Shown here: in pieces, positions 27,605 through 38,430 of the stretch
Layout of the letters: each line of letters starts with the position of its first letter
Position numbering within the stretch: position 1 is the stretch's first letter
Origin: Candidatus Saccharicenans sp.
GTDB taxonomy: Bacteria > Acidobacteriota > Aminicenantia > Aminicenantales > Saccharicenantaceae
Reading direction: 5' to 3'
Length of the DNA stretch: 64,000 nucleotides
Assembly (NCBI GenBank): GCA_029907135.1
Contig: JARYMJ010000002.1
Location: 10,897-74,896, forward strand
The notes under the pieces: model-generated
What the model saw: only the letters and a program-made list of their open reading frames with translations
Told to the model about the DNA's origin: nothing
Database searches by the model: none
Made by a program: the position numbers and the translations under genes

Positions 27605-29092
27605 TTATCTTCTCTGACCGCGGGAATAGACAGCCACCAGGCAGTTATCTTTAACAAAATACTTGGTGGCCACCTTTTTCACATCCTCCGCGGTCACCTT
27701 CTTCAGGTCTTCCAGGTCGGTCAGAAGCGAGCGCCAGCCGCGGTTGAGCTCGGCCCGGCCGACCCTCATCGCCAGGAACATCGGCGATTCCAGTCCGCGG
27801 ATGAACCTGGCCTCGGCCCGATTCTTGGCCTTCTGCAGCTCGGCCGCCGTTACCCCATCTTTCTTGATTTTATCTATCTCTTCCCAGACGTGCTTTTCCA
27901 GGTCTTCCGGTTTAACGCCCTTCTGCACCTTGGGAATTATATTAAAGGTAAAAGCTCCCACATACCACTGAGGCCTGGCCATAGCCATCGCCCTGATGGC
28001 CACATCTTTTTCCTGCACTAGAACCCTGGTCAACCGGCCGGTCTCCCCCGACAGGATGGCCGACAGGATATTCAGAGCTGGCACCTCGGGGTCTCCCTCC
28101 GGCGGTATGTGGAACCACATCTGCAGGTTGGGCATACCCGGCCCCTCACCGTACATCGTCTTGTGCGAATACTGGGGCGGGACTCCGGTCCTGATGGGCT
28201 CGACATCCTGGCCGCGGGGCACCGGGCCAAAATATTTTTCCGCCAGCTTGATGATTTCTTCCGGCTGGAAATCACCCACATAAATGGCCACGGCGTTGTT
28301 GGGGACATAATACCGGTTGTGGAACTCAATCATATCTTTCTTGGTCATCTTTTTCAGGTCATCCATCCAGCCGATAACCTGCCAATGATAGGGGGAAGCA
28401 ACATAGAACGCGGCCCGGACCTGTTCGTTGAAGTAGAAACCGGGACTGTTTTCGCTGAGCCGCCGTTCCTCCATGACCACATCTTTTTCAGAATAGAATT
28501 CCCGGAAATAGGCGTTCATCATCCGGTCTGCTTCCAGCAGCATCTGGAGTTCCACCTTGTTCGAAGGCAGGGTGACGTAATAACCGGTGACTTCATCAGA
28601 GGTGGAAGCGTTGAGGCCGGTCCCGCCGTTTTTCATGTAGGTTTCCCAGAGATGGTCTTTGATGATGTATTTCTTTTCGGCCTGGACCAGCTCCTCCACC
28701 TGTTTCTGCCATTCAGCAATCTTCTGCTGATCACCATCCCGCTTCCAGAATTTTTCCCGGTAAATCTTTTCCATAAGCTCGTCAATCTGCCGGTTGAGCG
28801 CATCGTCGGCGGCAAAATCGGTCACCCCCATCATCCTGGTCCCCTTGAACATCATGTGTTCATGGACATGGGCGATGCCGGTAATGCCGGGACGTTCGTT
28901 GATAGAGCCTACCTTGTAATAGATGTGGCAGACTACCCGGGGAACGCCGGGCTTGGGAATCATCAGAATCTTCAGCCCGTTGGCCAGGACATGCTCCTTG
29001 ACTTCCAGCTTAATCTGGGCCGTAGCCATTGAGCCCAGCGCCAGAAGAAGGAAGCAGCCGAGCCAGAGAACCGCAATTTTTCTGAGGTTCAT
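27605..29092 (-). CDS. M16 zinc peptidase, catalytic subunit
   Basis: GIAHVHEHMMFKGT (HXXEH), NASTS, EKDVVMEERR; signal peptide. Confidence 0.92.
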   Translation of the reverse strand: MNLRKIAVLWLGCFLLLALGSMATAQIKLEVKEHVLANGLKILMIPKPGVPRVVCHIYYKVGSINERPGITGIAHVHEHMMFKGTRMMGVTDFAADDALNRQIDELMEKIYREKFWKRDGDQQKIAEWQKQVEELVQAEKKYIIKDHLWETYMKNGGTGLNASTSDEVTGYYVTLPSNKVELQMLLEADRMMNAYFREFYSEKDVVMEERRLSENSPGFYFNEQVRAAFYVASPYHWQVIGWMDDLKKMTKKDMIEFHNRYYVPNNAVAIYVGDFQPEEIIKLAEKYFGPVPRGQDVEPIRTGVPPQYSHKTMYGEGPGMPNLQMWFHIPPEGDPEVPALNILSAILSGETGRLTRVLVQEKDVAIRAMAMARPQWYVGAFTFNIIPKVQKGVKPEDLEKHVWEEIDKIKKDGVTAAELQKAKNRAEARFIRGLESPMFLAMRVGRAELNRGWRSLLTDLEDLKKVTAEDVKKVATKYFVKDNCLVAVYSRGQRR

Positions 29093-29330
29093 GCCTTCAC
29101 CTCCTCCTTGAAAGGAAAATTATGGCCATAACCAGTTAATCAAAAAGCACTTCAAAAAAATAAGATTCAACCTTTATTAGGGACGAAAAAAGACCTTTTC
29201 TCTTCCCTTTTTTTGGCTCCTTCTGGTGGCCTATTTCTTATTTATTCTTTATCTTTTTTCTTGTCAAATGAAATCAACATCAGTATTATTCATCACTTAA
29301 AGTGATTTTGGCTGTCCAAGGAGATAGCAG

Positions 29331-30722
29331 ATGAATCTCTGGGCCAAGAAAAGACCTGAAGAACTGCAGGAAGCCTCGGAACACACCCAGCTTCGGAAAA
29401 GTTTAAGAGCCGTGGACCTGGCCGCCCTGGGCATTGGTTCGGTGGTGGGCACGGGCATATTCGTGGCCACCGGCCAGGGAGCCCACCTGGCTGGCCCCGG
29501 CGTGCTGCTGTCGTTCATCATAGCGGCTATCACCGCCGGGCTGTGTGCCCTCACCTACTCCGAGCTGGCCAGCATGTTTCCCGTGGCTGGTAGCACCTAT
29601 TCCTATTCTTACGCTGCCTTCGGCGAGGTCATCGCCTGGATAATTGGCTGGGACCTGATGCTGGAATACCTGGTCTCGGCCAGCGCGGTGGCCTCGGGCT
29701 GGTCAACCACTTTCATCGGGCTGCTGGAAAACCTGGGATTAAAGCTGCCCAAAGCCCTTTGCCTGACTCCCCTGGCCGGGGGAATTGTTGACCTACCGGC
29801 TATCCTGATTACCCTGCTGATTACCTGGATACTTTACCTGGGAATCAGAGAGAGCTCGATTACCAACAATATAATCGTGGTGCTCAAGGTAGCGGTCATA
29901 GTTCTGTTCATCGTGCTGGGTATAAGACATGTTAACCTTAGCAACCTGACGCCCTTTGCCCCGTTCGGCTGGAAAGGAATAATGGCCGGAGCGGCTATCA
30001 TCTTTTTTGCTTACATCGGCTTTGATGCTGTTTCCACCGCGGCCGAGGAAACCATCAATCCCAAAAAAGATGTCCCGCTCGGACTGATGCTCTGCCTGGC
30101 GGTGGTTATAGTGCTCTATGTGGGCGTAGCCTTCGTCCTGACCGGGCTGGTGCCCTTTAAGGAGATTGACGTGGGCAACGCCCTGCCGGCTGCCCTGGCC
30201 CGGATAGGCATCCGCTGGGGCGGGGCGCTGGTAGCTACCGGCGGGATTATCGGGATGATTTCTACCCTGCTGATAACTGTCTATGGCCAGGTCCGGATTT
30301 TCATGGTCATGGCCAGGGACGGGCTGCTGCCTGAGGTCTTCTCCAGAGTTCATCCCAAACATCGCACCCCGGCCATCTGCACCTGGATTACCGGGGCCTT
30401 GACCGCCCTGATTGCCGGGTTCTTCCCCCTTGGGATTATCATCGAGCTGTGCAATATCGGGACCCTGTTTGCTTTCATCCTGGTGTCGGTCGGAGTGATT
30501 GTCCTGCGCCACACCCAGCCCCAGGTAGAAAGAAGGTTCAGGACGCCGCTGGTGCCGTTTACCCCGCTCATTACTATCGGTTTCTGCTTGTATCTCATGG
30601 CCAGCTTGCCGCCCCTGACCTGGCTAAGGTTCAGCGCCTGGCTGGGAGTTGGACTACTGATTTACTTTGCTTACGGTATCAGACACTCCCGGATGCAGAA
30701 ACGTTATCTGTCGGCCCGGTAA
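29331..30722 (+). CDS. APC-family amino acid permease (cationic amino acid transporter-like)
   Basis: GSVVGTGIF, YSELASMFPVAGSTY, FFAYIGFDAV, AEET, MARDGLLP; upstream TTGTCA-N17-TATTAT. Confidence 0.93.
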   Translation: MNLWAKKRPEELQEASEHTQLRKSLRAVDLAALGIGSVVGTGIFVATGQGAHLAGPGVLLSFIIAAITAGLCALTYSELASMFPVAGSTYSYSYAAFGEVIAWIIGWDLMLEYLVSASAVASGWSTTFIGLLENLGLKLPKALCLTPLAGGIVDLPAILITLLITWILYLGIRESSITNNIIVVLKVAVIVLFIVLGIRHVNLSNLTPFAPFGWKGIMAGAAIIFFAYIGFDAVSTAAEETINPKKDVPLGLMLCLAVVIVLYVGVAFVLTGLVPFKEIDVGNALPAALARIGIRWGGALVATGGIIGMISTLLITVYGQVRIFMVMARDGLLPEVFSRVHPKHRTPAICTWITGALTALIAGFFPLGIIIELCNIGTLFAFILVSVGVIVLRHTQPQVERRFRTPLVPFTPLITIGFCLYLMASLPPLTWLRFSAWLGVGLLIYFAYGIRHSRMQKRYLSAR

Positions 30723-31096
30723 GGCTGTCGAGCCCGTCAGGAAAACTCAGTTCAAAGGCACTTGTTCTCTGGCCCGGCAGTATCTGGTTTTTAGCCTCCT
30801 TCCCCGTTCTTGCCCTTTATTTCAATTTCATATTCATAGTCGCCGTCCATTCGCTGTGAATGCCTTATTGGCCTGCAGGGAGAAAGAATTTTAACCGTCC
30901 AGGATTTGCCTGGCTTATTTTCCCCGATTCTGGCCAGGTTTTGGCCCGGTCTAACAGCCGGACTAAGCTGGTTAGCAGATTGAAGGAAGACTCCGCCAGA
31001 AGTGGATCAAATAGCTGGTGAGCTGAATCTTAAAAATTATATCTATTTGATATTAAAGAAATTAAACTTCTTCGGGACTACCCTTCCTGGCTTGAT

Positions 31097-31125
31097 TTGA
31101 CAGGCCGATACAAGCTTTGTATATT
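31097..31125 (+). promoter_or_regulatory. Promoter of the radical SAM gene with an overlapping palindromic operator
   Basis: TTGACA(31097-102)-N17-TATATT(31120-25); ATACAA-gct-TTGTAT palindrome at 31108-31122. Confidence 0.6.
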
Positions 31126-31218
31126 ATTTTTATACTACAAGCGTGGGTAGGGTATTGGCTCACTAAATAACCAGATTATTAAGCCTTTTTCTCCTTTAAT
31201 TGAGAGAAGGAGGGCGAA

Positions 31219-32724
31219 ATGGTTAATGAGCAACAGAAGACTTACCGTCGGCGAGAGGCCCGAGCCTCCAGGCTGAGAAGGATTGCTAGATTTATTCCCG
31301 TGCTTAGGACCATCAAGCCCGCGGCCTATTTTCTGGCCAACTCCTGGGAAAAGAAACTCAGGAAAAATACGGCTATAGCCATCGGCCGAGGGAATAAACC
31401 ACCGGGCGCAGTCCGGGACCGGGCAGAAATGGGCATAGCCATTCTCCGGACTATCACCCGGGCCATCATTGAAGACAGGTTGTCTCCCCAAACCTTGCAG
31501 AAACTCCTGAATGTCCTGATTGGCGATGCCATCATCAGGGAAGGAGAAATCCCGATAAGGGAAAGATTCCGCCAGCAGTTCGGCACGACACCGCCTGGAT
31601 TCTTACTCATCAGCCCGACCAAGAAGTGCAATCTGTATTGTACCGGCTGCTATGCCGATTCTGACCGGACGGATATGAAACTCTCCTGGCCAGTGCTCGA
31701 CCGCCTGGTTGCTGAATCTAAGGAGCTGTGGGGAGCCCGGTTTACGGTCATCAGCGGCGGCGAACCATTGCTCTATGAAGATGAAGGCCACGACCTGATG
31801 GACCTGGTGGAAAAGCACAACGATTGCTTTTTCCTGATGTACACCAACGGCACCCTCATCGATGACCAGATGGCCAGGAGAATGGCCCGCACCGGAAATA
31901 TTATGCCGGCTATTTCAGTCGAAGGCCTGAGAGAAACCACAGAAAAGAGGCGGGGCCGCGGCGTCTTTGACCGCATCCTGGCCGCCTTCGAGAACCTGAG
32001 AAGAGAAAATGTTTTCTATGGCATTTCTCTGACCATTACCAAGGACAACGCTGAGGAAGTCTTTTCCGATGAAGTCATGGATTTCTACTTCAACCAGCAA
32101 GGAGTCCATTTTGCCTGGGCCTTTCAATACATGCCCATCGGCCGGGCTTTCACCCTGGACCTGCTTCCCACCCCGGAACAGCGGCTGCGGATGTACCGCC
32201 GGTCCTGGCAGTTAGTTTACGAGAAACACCTGTTCCTGATCGATTTCTGGAATAGCGGTACGGCCACCCATGGCTGCATCTCAGCCGGCCGGTCGGGTGG
32301 CTACATGGTGGTCAACTGGGACGGCACGGTTACCCCCTGCGTTTTTGTGCCCTACTCGCCGGTCAACATCTATGAAATCTACAATCAGGGTAAAAACCTG
32401 AATGACGTTTGGGCTCATCTCTTCTTCGTCGACCTCAGGCAATGGCAGCGGGATTATGGCTACGGCAAGGACCTGAACTTAGAGGGACCGGTCAAGAATT
32501 GGATCAGGCCCTGTCCGATGCGCGATCACTTTGAAGACCTGTATCCGCTGCTACAAAAACACCGGCCTCGCCCCATAGACGACAACGCGGCCGAAGCCCT
32601 GAAAGACCCTGAATATTACCAGGGGCTGGTGGAATATGACCGGAAAGTGGCCGCCCTCCTCGACCCCATCTGGGAAGAAAAGTACCTCAAAGGTGCTAAC
32701 GGCTCAGGGTCAACAGCCGGATAA
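31219..32724 (+). CDS. Radical SAM protein with SPASM/twitch-like C-terminal domain
   Basis: CNLYCTGC, SGGEP, YTNGTL, GCISAG...DGTVTPCVF, CPMRDH; SD AAGGAGG. Confidence 0.9.
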   Translation: MVNEQQKTYRRREARASRLRRIARFIPVLRTIKPAAYFLANSWEKKLRKNTAIAIGRGNKPPGAVRDRAEMGIAILRTITRAIIEDRLSPQTLQKLLNVLIGDAIIREGEIPIRERFRQQFGTTPPGFLLISPTKKCNLYCTGCYADSDRTDMKLSWPVLDRLVAESKELWGARFTVISGGEPLLYEDEGHDLMDLVEKHNDCFFLMYTNGTLIDDQMARRMARTGNIMPAISVEGLRETTEKRRGRGVFDRILAAFENLRRENVFYGISLTITKDNAEEVFSDEVMDFYFNQQGVHFAWAFQYMPIGRAFTLDLLPTPEQRLRMYRRSWQLVYEKHLFLIDFWNSGTATHGCISAGRSGGYMVVNWDGTVTPCVFVPYSPVNIYEIYNQGKNLNDVWAHLFFVDLRQWQRDYGYGKDLNLEGPVKNWIRPCPMRDHFEDLYPLLQKHRPRPIDDNAAEALKDPEYYQGLVEYDRKVAALLDPIWEEKYLKGANGSGSTAG

Positions 32725-32918
32725 CCGCCTAAATCGCGGCTAAAGCCAATCGAAGGCCACAGCAAAAAATAAAAGAAAACCAGCTCTCTCGGCAGCCGAA
32801 ATCAGCTGCTCTCAGGCAAGGGACAGCCGGCTTCTATTGAAACCGCTATCTGGATATTAAGGTTCTTCCCCCGGACCATCCTATTGACAGCGCCAGGAAT
32901 TGGCTTGGTAACGACTGT

Positions 32919-34034
32919 CTACAGGTATTCGGGCCCTTCCCGCTTCAGCTTCTCCACCACTTCCCGGACCTTCTGGTCCTGGTCCCGGCGGCAGACCAGC
33001 AGGGCGTCTCCGGCATTGACCACAATCAGGTTTTCCACCCCGATTAGAGCCGTCAGCTTTCCCGGGTTGAAGACCAGGCAATTTCTGGCCTCCAGAGACA
33101 TCACCCGTCCGCGGGCCACATGGCAATCCTCGTCTTCGGGGAGATAATCATAAAGAGCGCTCCAGGAACCCAGGTCCGACCAGCCAAAATCACCCGGGCT
33201 CATCAGCGAGCCATAGATTTTTTCAATCAGAGCATAATCAATCGACAGCGAGGGTATCTCCAGGAAGATGCGGCGGACTTCCCGGCGGTCGTTTTTTCTG
33301 AGAGCCGGCAGGAGCTTGATCCAGGCCGAGAACAGCTCCGGGGCATAATCGCGCAGGCTTTCGGCAAAAGTATCAGCCCGCCACAGAAAAATGCCGCTGT
33401 TCCAGTAGTATTCCCCCGACTGGATAAACTCCAGGGCTGTCGGCAGGTCGGGTTTTTCCCGGAACCCGCGGACCTGGTAGAATTCTTCCCCGTCAATTTC
33501 CTGGCGTCCTTCCCGGGTTACGTGAATATAGCCGTAGGCAGTGGAGGGAGTCGCCGGGGGGATGCCAAACATCACGATTTTTTTGAACTTCCGGGCGGCC
33601 TCGGCCGCCAGGATTAGTTTTCTCCTGAAATCCCGGACATCCTTGATGAAATGGTCCGCCGGCAGGGCAATAATCACGGCTTCCGGGTTTTTAAGATACA
33701 TGGTGGCGGTAGCCAGCAGCAGCGAAGGCGCGGTGTTTCGGGCTTCCGGCTCCACCAGAAAATTCTTTTCGGGCAACCGGGGCAGCAAACGTCTCAAGAT
33801 TCTGGTCTGTCCAGACACGGCTATGGTGTAAATCCTGGAGGGCGGGATGAGGCCCTGGAGCCGGTTGACTGTTTCTTCTATCAGAGATTTTTCGCTGATA
33901 ATATTAAGGTATTGCTTTGGATTCTGCTGCCGGCTGAGCGGCCAGAACCGGGTGCCGCTGCCGCCGGCCAGAACGATCACTCTCAAGTCAAGTTTACCCT
34001 GGCCGTTTTTCCTGGCTGATTTTTTCTTGGCCAC
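32919..34034 (-). CDS. manC: Mannose-1-phosphate guanylyltransferase
   Basis: LAGGSGTRFWPLSR, PKQY, EPEARNTA, PADH, FREKP, WNSG, SIDYA, WSDLGSW. Confidence 0.92.
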   Translation of the reverse strand: MAKKKSARKNGQGKLDLRVIVLAGGSGTRFWPLSRQQNPKQYLNIISEKSLIEETVNRLQGLIPPSRIYTIAVSGQTRILRRLLPRLPEKNFLVEPEARNTAPSLLLATATMYLKNPEAVIIALPADHFIKDVRDFRRKLILAAEAARKFKKIVMFGIPPATPSTAYGYIHVTREGRQEIDGEEFYQVRGFREKPDLPTALEFIQSGEYYWNSGIFLWRADTFAESLRDYAPELFSAWIKLLPALRKNDRREVRRIFLEIPSLSIDYALIEKIYGSLMSPGDFGWSDLGSWSALYDYLPEDEDCHVARGRVMSLEARNCLVFNPGKLTALIGVENLIVVNAGDALLVCRRDQDQKVREVVEKLKREGPEYL

Positions 34035-34066
34035 GACCGTTTCACTCCTGGCTTAAATTTTTCCGG

Positions 34067-35449
34067 CTATTTATTGTTAAGCTGTTTTATAACCTCTTCC
34101 ATCACGCCCCGGACCTCGGCCTGGATTCGGGCCAGGTCTTCCGGGGTGGAGGCTTCAAAACGCAGCACCAGCACCGGCTGCGTGTTGGAAGCCCGGAGCA
34201 GACCCCAGCCTCGGTCGAAGAGAGCCCGGACTCCATCGATATCTATGATCTGCTTGACCCCGGGGTGATGACTGAGGGCCTCCTTCACTCTTTCCACGAT
34301 CTTAAATTTGACTTCATCGGAAGCGTAGATGCGGATTTCCGGAGTGTTATAGGTTTTCGGCAGGTCGGACAGCAGTTCAGACAGTTTTCGCCTGGAGCGG
34401 GAAATTATTTCCAGCAGCCGGGCCGAAGCATAGATGGCGTCATCAAAGCCGAACCAGCGGTCGGCAAAAAAGATGTGCCCGCTCATTTCCCCGGCCAGCA
34501 GGGCCTTTTCCTCTTTTATTTTTTTCTTGATCAGCGAGTGGCCGGTCTTCCACATTATCGGCCGGCCTCCTAGGCGGCTGATTTCATCATACAGGACCTG
34601 GGAAGCTTTGACCTCGGAGATAACCGCTGCCCCCGGATGCCTGGCCAGGAGGTCGCGGGCGAAGATGATCATAAGCTGGTCGCCCCAGATAATCCGCCCG
34701 GCATCGTCCACCGCCCCGAGGCGGTCGGCATCGCCGTCGTAGGCAATTCCCAGTTCAGCCCCGCTATCTTTGACCGTGGCAATTAAATCCTTCAGGGCCT
34801 CGGGCAGGGTCGGGTCCGGATGGTGGTTGGGGAAGCGGCCGTCCATGTCAGTATAAAGCTCAACCACCTCGGCCCCCAGGCGCCGGAAAAGCGGCACCGC
34901 CACCGGCCCGGCCGTGCCGTTGCCGGCATCGACCACCACCTTGACCGGCCGCTCCAGCTTGACCTGCCCGGCCACGTAATCGAGGTAGTCCGGAACCGGG
35001 TTGTAAGAAGTGCTCTCCCCCGGGACCTCGGGCTGGATGAAATCCCTTTCCCGGATGAGGCGGTAAAGGTCCTGGATGCCGGGCCCGTAGAGAGTTTCCT
35101 CGCCAATCATGACCTTGAAGCCATTAAAATCGGGCGGATTATGGGACCCGGTAATCATCACTGCCGCCTCTTTCTTTTTATAAAAAACTGAAAAATACAC
35201 CAGCGAGGTCGGGATTACTCCCAGGTCGACCACCCGGCAGCCGGAGCCGAGCAGGCCGGCCCTCAGCCCCTCGGCCAGCTCGGGCGAACTCAGGCGGCAA
35301 TCACGGCCGACAGCCACTTCTGTTTTACCGCCCCGGCGGGCCTGGGTGGCCACGGCCCGACCGATGAGGCTGGCCAGTTCCGGGGTCAGGTCCTGGCCCA
35401 CCACCCCCCTGATGTCGTATTCGCGGAATATTTCCGGCTTGATTTCCAT
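34067..35449 (-). CDS. Phosphomannomutase/phosphoglucomutase (ManB/AlgC-like)
   Basis: FREYDIRG, TGSHNP, DGDADR, GEMSGH, RASNTQP. Confidence 0.93.
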   Translation of the reverse strand: MEIKPEIFREYDIRGVVGQDLTPELASLIGRAVATQARRGGKTEVAVGRDCRLSSPELAEGLRAGLLGSGCRVVDLGVIPTSLVYFSVFYKKKEAAVMITGSHNPPDFNGFKVMIGEETLYGPGIQDLYRLIRERDFIQPEVPGESTSYNPVPDYLDYVAGQVKLERPVKVVVDAGNGTAGPVAVPLFRRLGAEVVELYTDMDGRFPNHHPDPTLPEALKDLIATVKDSGAELGIAYDGDADRLGAVDDAGRIIWGDQLMIIFARDLLARHPGAAVISEVKASQVLYDEISRLGGRPIMWKTGHSLIKKKIKEEKALLAGEMSGHIFFADRWFGFDDAIYASARLLEIISRSRRKLSELLSDLPKTYNTPEIRIYASDEVKFKIVERVKEALSHHPGVKQIIDIDGVRALFDRGWGLLRASNTQPVLVLRFEASTPEDLARIQAEVRGVMEEVIKQLNNK

Positions 35450-35488
35450 CCACTCCTCCGGTCTTTATACAGATAGCTTAATATAGAT

Positions 35489-36064
35489 TCACAGGTTTTG
35501 TGAACTGCTTTTTATTTGGCTGGCTCTTTCCCGGAGCGAGGTCCACCGGCCCTGGGCTTTGAGAATAAACTCTATGACTTCCCGGACCGCGCCCCGACCG
35601 CCAGGCTGACGGCAGAGATACCTGGCCGTCTTTTTTATAGCCGGGTGAGCGTCGGCCACGGCCGCCGGAAACCCGACTGCCCGCGTCACTTCCAGGTCAC
35701 CCGGGTCATCACCGATAAAAGCCACCTGTTCCAGTCGGAGCTGATGGCGTTCGGCAATTTCCAGAAGAACCTTTTTCTTGTCAATAATGCCCTGGTGCAA
35801 CTCATCGAGGCCGAGGCGAGCGGCCCTGATTTCCAGCGCTTGAGAAGTCTTCCCGGTGATGATCCCCAGCTTGAGCCCGGCCAGCTGAGCCAGGAAGATA
35901 CCAAGGCCATCCTGGACATGGTAGCCCTTGATTTCCTGGCCGTCCGGCAGCACATACAGGGTGCCATCAGTCAGGGTCCCGTCCACGTCCATCAGGATCA
36001 AGGCTACTTTCCTGGCGCGAGCGCCCTGGAGGTGATTCCGGAGCCTTTTAAGAGAATCGAGCAT
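35489..36064 (-). CDS. kdsC: KdsC-family HAD phosphatase (KDO-8-P phosphatase-like)
   Basis: DVDGTLTDG, DGLGI, IITGK, FIGDD, GGRGAVRE. Confidence 0.8.
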   Translation of the reverse strand: MLDSLKRLRNHLQGARARKVALILMDVDGTLTDGTLYVLPDGQEIKGYHVQDGLGIFLAQLAGLKLGIITGKTSQALEIRAARLGLDELHQGIIDKKKVLLEIAERHQLRLEQVAFIGDDPGDLEVTRAVGFPAAVADAHPAIKKTARYLCRQPGGRGAVREVIEFILKAQGRWTSLRERASQIKSSSQNL

Positions 36065-36126
36065 TTATCTATTTCTTTTATTATCAAGTATTTATATTCA
36101 TATCGATCTATAGCAACATAATTTTT

Positions 36127-37728
36127 TTATCGCTGCTTCCTGAAGCGATAAGCAGCTTTGATGAAAGAGCTGAACAGTGGATGTGGCTCCAGCGGCCGGG
36201 ATTTGAATTCTGGATGGAACTGGCAACCAAGGAACCAGGGGTGTCTCTTCAATTCTATTATTTCCACCAGGCCGTGCTCCGGATTCCTGCCGGAGATAAC
36301 CAGGCCGGCTGCCGCCAGGCGTTGTTCGTAGTCGGGGTTGAACTCGTAGCGGTGCCGGTGGCGTTCGCTTATCGTCGTTTTTTTGTATACGGAGTAAGCC
36401 AGCGTGCCTTTTTTCAGGTCACAGGCATAAGCGCCCAGCCTCATGGTGCCGCCCAGGTCAGATTCTTTCCGCAGTAGCCGCCACAGCCGAAAAATTTTAT
36501 GCGGGGCACTTTCATCAAATTCCTCGCTGTGGGCCCCTTTGAGACCGGCCACGTTCCGGGCGAACTCCACCGTGGCACACTGCATACCCAGGCAGATACC
36601 GAAGAATGGCAGGCCCTTTTCCCGGGCGTACTGGATAGCCTTGATCTTCCCTTCCACCCCGCGCTGGCCAAAACCTCCTGGCACCAGCAGTCCGTCCTTG
36701 TTTCTAAGAATCTTGGAGGGCTGGCCGCGCTCGAGGTCCTCAGCTTCAATCCAGTCGATGTTGACCCGAAGCCGGTTGGCCAGGCCCCCGTGGTCGAGAG
36801 CCTGGTAAAGGCTTAGGTAAGAATCATGCAGGCCGATGTACTTGCCGACCATGGCGATGGTGACTTCGCCTTCGGGCTGGTGCCGGCGGCGGGCCAGCTC
36901 CTGCCAGCGACTTAGGTCGGGTTCCCTGGACTGAAGCCCCAGCTTTTTCAGGATGATACGGTCCAGGGATTCAGCCGCGAAATTTAGCGGGATATCGTAG
37001 ATAGAAGGAGCGTCGACGGCCGTGACCACCGCTTCCAACGGCACGTTGGTGAACAGAGCAATCTTGCCCTTAATGTCCGGCGGTAGTTCCCGCTCGCTGC
37101 GGCAGAGCAGAATATCGGGCTGGATACCGATGGCCCGGAGTTCCTTTACGCTGTGCTGGGTGGGCTTGGTCTTAAGCTCGCCCGAAGTCCCGACAAACGG
37201 CACCAGCGTCAGGTGAATGAACAGGGTATTCTCGCTGCCGAGCGACAGCCGCATCTGCCTGATGGCCTCCAGAAAGGGCTGGCTTTCGATGTCGCCGACG
37301 GTCCCGCCGATCTCCACTATAACAATGTCGTTATTGCTGGAAACAGAATAAAAGGCATTCTTGATCTCGTCGGTCACGTGGGGGATGACCTGGACCGTCT
37401 TTCCCAAGTAATCTCCACGGCGTTCCTTCCGAATTATGGACTCATAAATCTTGCCGGCCGTCCAGTTATGGAGCCGGCTGGTCCTGGTGGAAGTAAAGCG
37501 TTCGTAATGCCCCAGGTCGAGGTCCGTTTCGGCCCCGTCGTCGGTGACGTAAACCTCGCCGTGCTGGAAAGGACTCATGGTCCCGGGGTCAACGTTCAGG
37601 TAGGGGTCGAATTTCTGCAAGGTGATCTTGTAACCGTGGGATTCCAGAAGCAGTCCGATGGAGGCGGCGGCAATTCCTTTACCCAGCCCGGAAATAACTC
37701 CACCGGTTACAAAAATAAATTTACTCAT
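36127..37728 (-). CDS. pyrG: CTP synthase
   Basis: [45 protein letters not shown]. Confidence 0.98.
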   Translation of the reverse strand: MSKFIFVTGGVISGLGKGIAAASIGLLLESHGYKITLQKFDPYLNVDPGTMSPFQHGEVYVTDDGAETDLDLGHYERFTSTRTSRLHNWTAGKIYESIIRKERRGDYLGKTVQVIPHVTDEIKNAFYSVSSNNDIVIVEIGGTVGDIESQPFLEAIRQMRLSLGSENTLFIHLTLVPFVGTSGELKTKPTQHSVKELRAIGIQPDILLCRSERELPPDIKGKIALFTNVPLEAVVTAVDAPSIYDIPLNFAAESLDRIILKKLGLQSREPDLSRWQELARRRHQPEGEVTIAMVGKYIGLHDSYLSLYQALDHGGLANRLRVNIDWIEAEDLERGQPSKILRNKDGLLVPGGFGQRGVEGKIKAIQYAREKGLPFFGICLGMQCATVEFARNVAGLKGAHSEEFDESAPHKIFRLWRLLRKESDLGGTMRLGAYACDLKKGTLAYSVYKKTTISERHRHRYEFNPDYEQRLAAAGLVISGRNPEHGLVEIIELKRHPWFLGCQFHPEFKSRPLEPHPLFSSFIKAAYRFRKQR

Positions 37729-37760
37729 CGGTCTCTTCTTTCGGTCTTGACTTGAATAAG

Positions 37761-37789
37761 ATTATAAAACTAATGTGGCCATGGCTCAA
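37761..37789 (-). promoter_or_regulatory. sigma70-type promoter of pyrG
   Basis: Minus strand TTGAGC-N17-TATAAT. Confidence 0.6.
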
Positions 37790-38219
37790 CCGCAACTTCT
37801 TAAAAATTTATTAAGCTCATAATGAGGAAAAATTCAAATTTGAAAGCAGGGCTACTCTTTCCTGGGAAGCTCGCTGGAATCACTGGCTAACTTTTAGAGA
37901 GCAGGTAAGATGGCCAAAGCTCGGTCTGAGCAGGAAGGGGCAGGGCTTCCAGTTTTTCTTATTTTTTGTTTTTTCCCAGTTTTTGCGGGTCAATAAAATA
38001 ATTAATGCTCACCAGGAGCAGACAGCGCTTTGCTTGTTGGTTTTGCACAGGGGTGTCCAATCGGGATTATCGGTATCTGTCTGAAATAACTTTAATTACC
38101 GCTCTAGTAATGCAATATTCGGGGTTGGGTTCTAAGGTTGTGATCCTCTCAATATTATTAGCCTCCAGCGAAATCTCCTAAGCCCTTTATTGTTTTAAAA
38201 TTGTTTGAAAGTATTGTCT

Positions 38220-38246
38220 TTCTATCACGTTCTATCACTCTATCAC
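38220..38246. repeat. Triple direct repeat TCTATCAC
   Basis: TCTATCAC at 38221, 38231 and 38239. Confidence 0.8.
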
Positions 38247-38430
38247 AGGAAAAAGGGAGCGGGCTGGGCTGATGATGCACCCAGGCCAGACCTGGCCAAA
38301 CAAGGCAAAATTAAAAACAGGCAGTCCACGCCGGAAGTAGAGAAAATGTCGCCGGCAAAAGGAGCTTTGAGCTTAATCGGAGACCCGGCCTGCCCTTTTG
38401 AGCGGACGGGCTATAATGAGAGCCAAATTA

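Noticed and set aside
30667..31218. Possible RiPP precursor upstream of the radical SAM gene
   Set aside because: Short ORFs here lack an SD, overlap the permease end and show no leader/core pattern; no transporter or protease is linked.
38221..38246. Similarity of TCTATCAC to a tetO half-site
   Set aside because: Direct rather than inverted repeats and no tet genes; kept only as an unexplained repeat.
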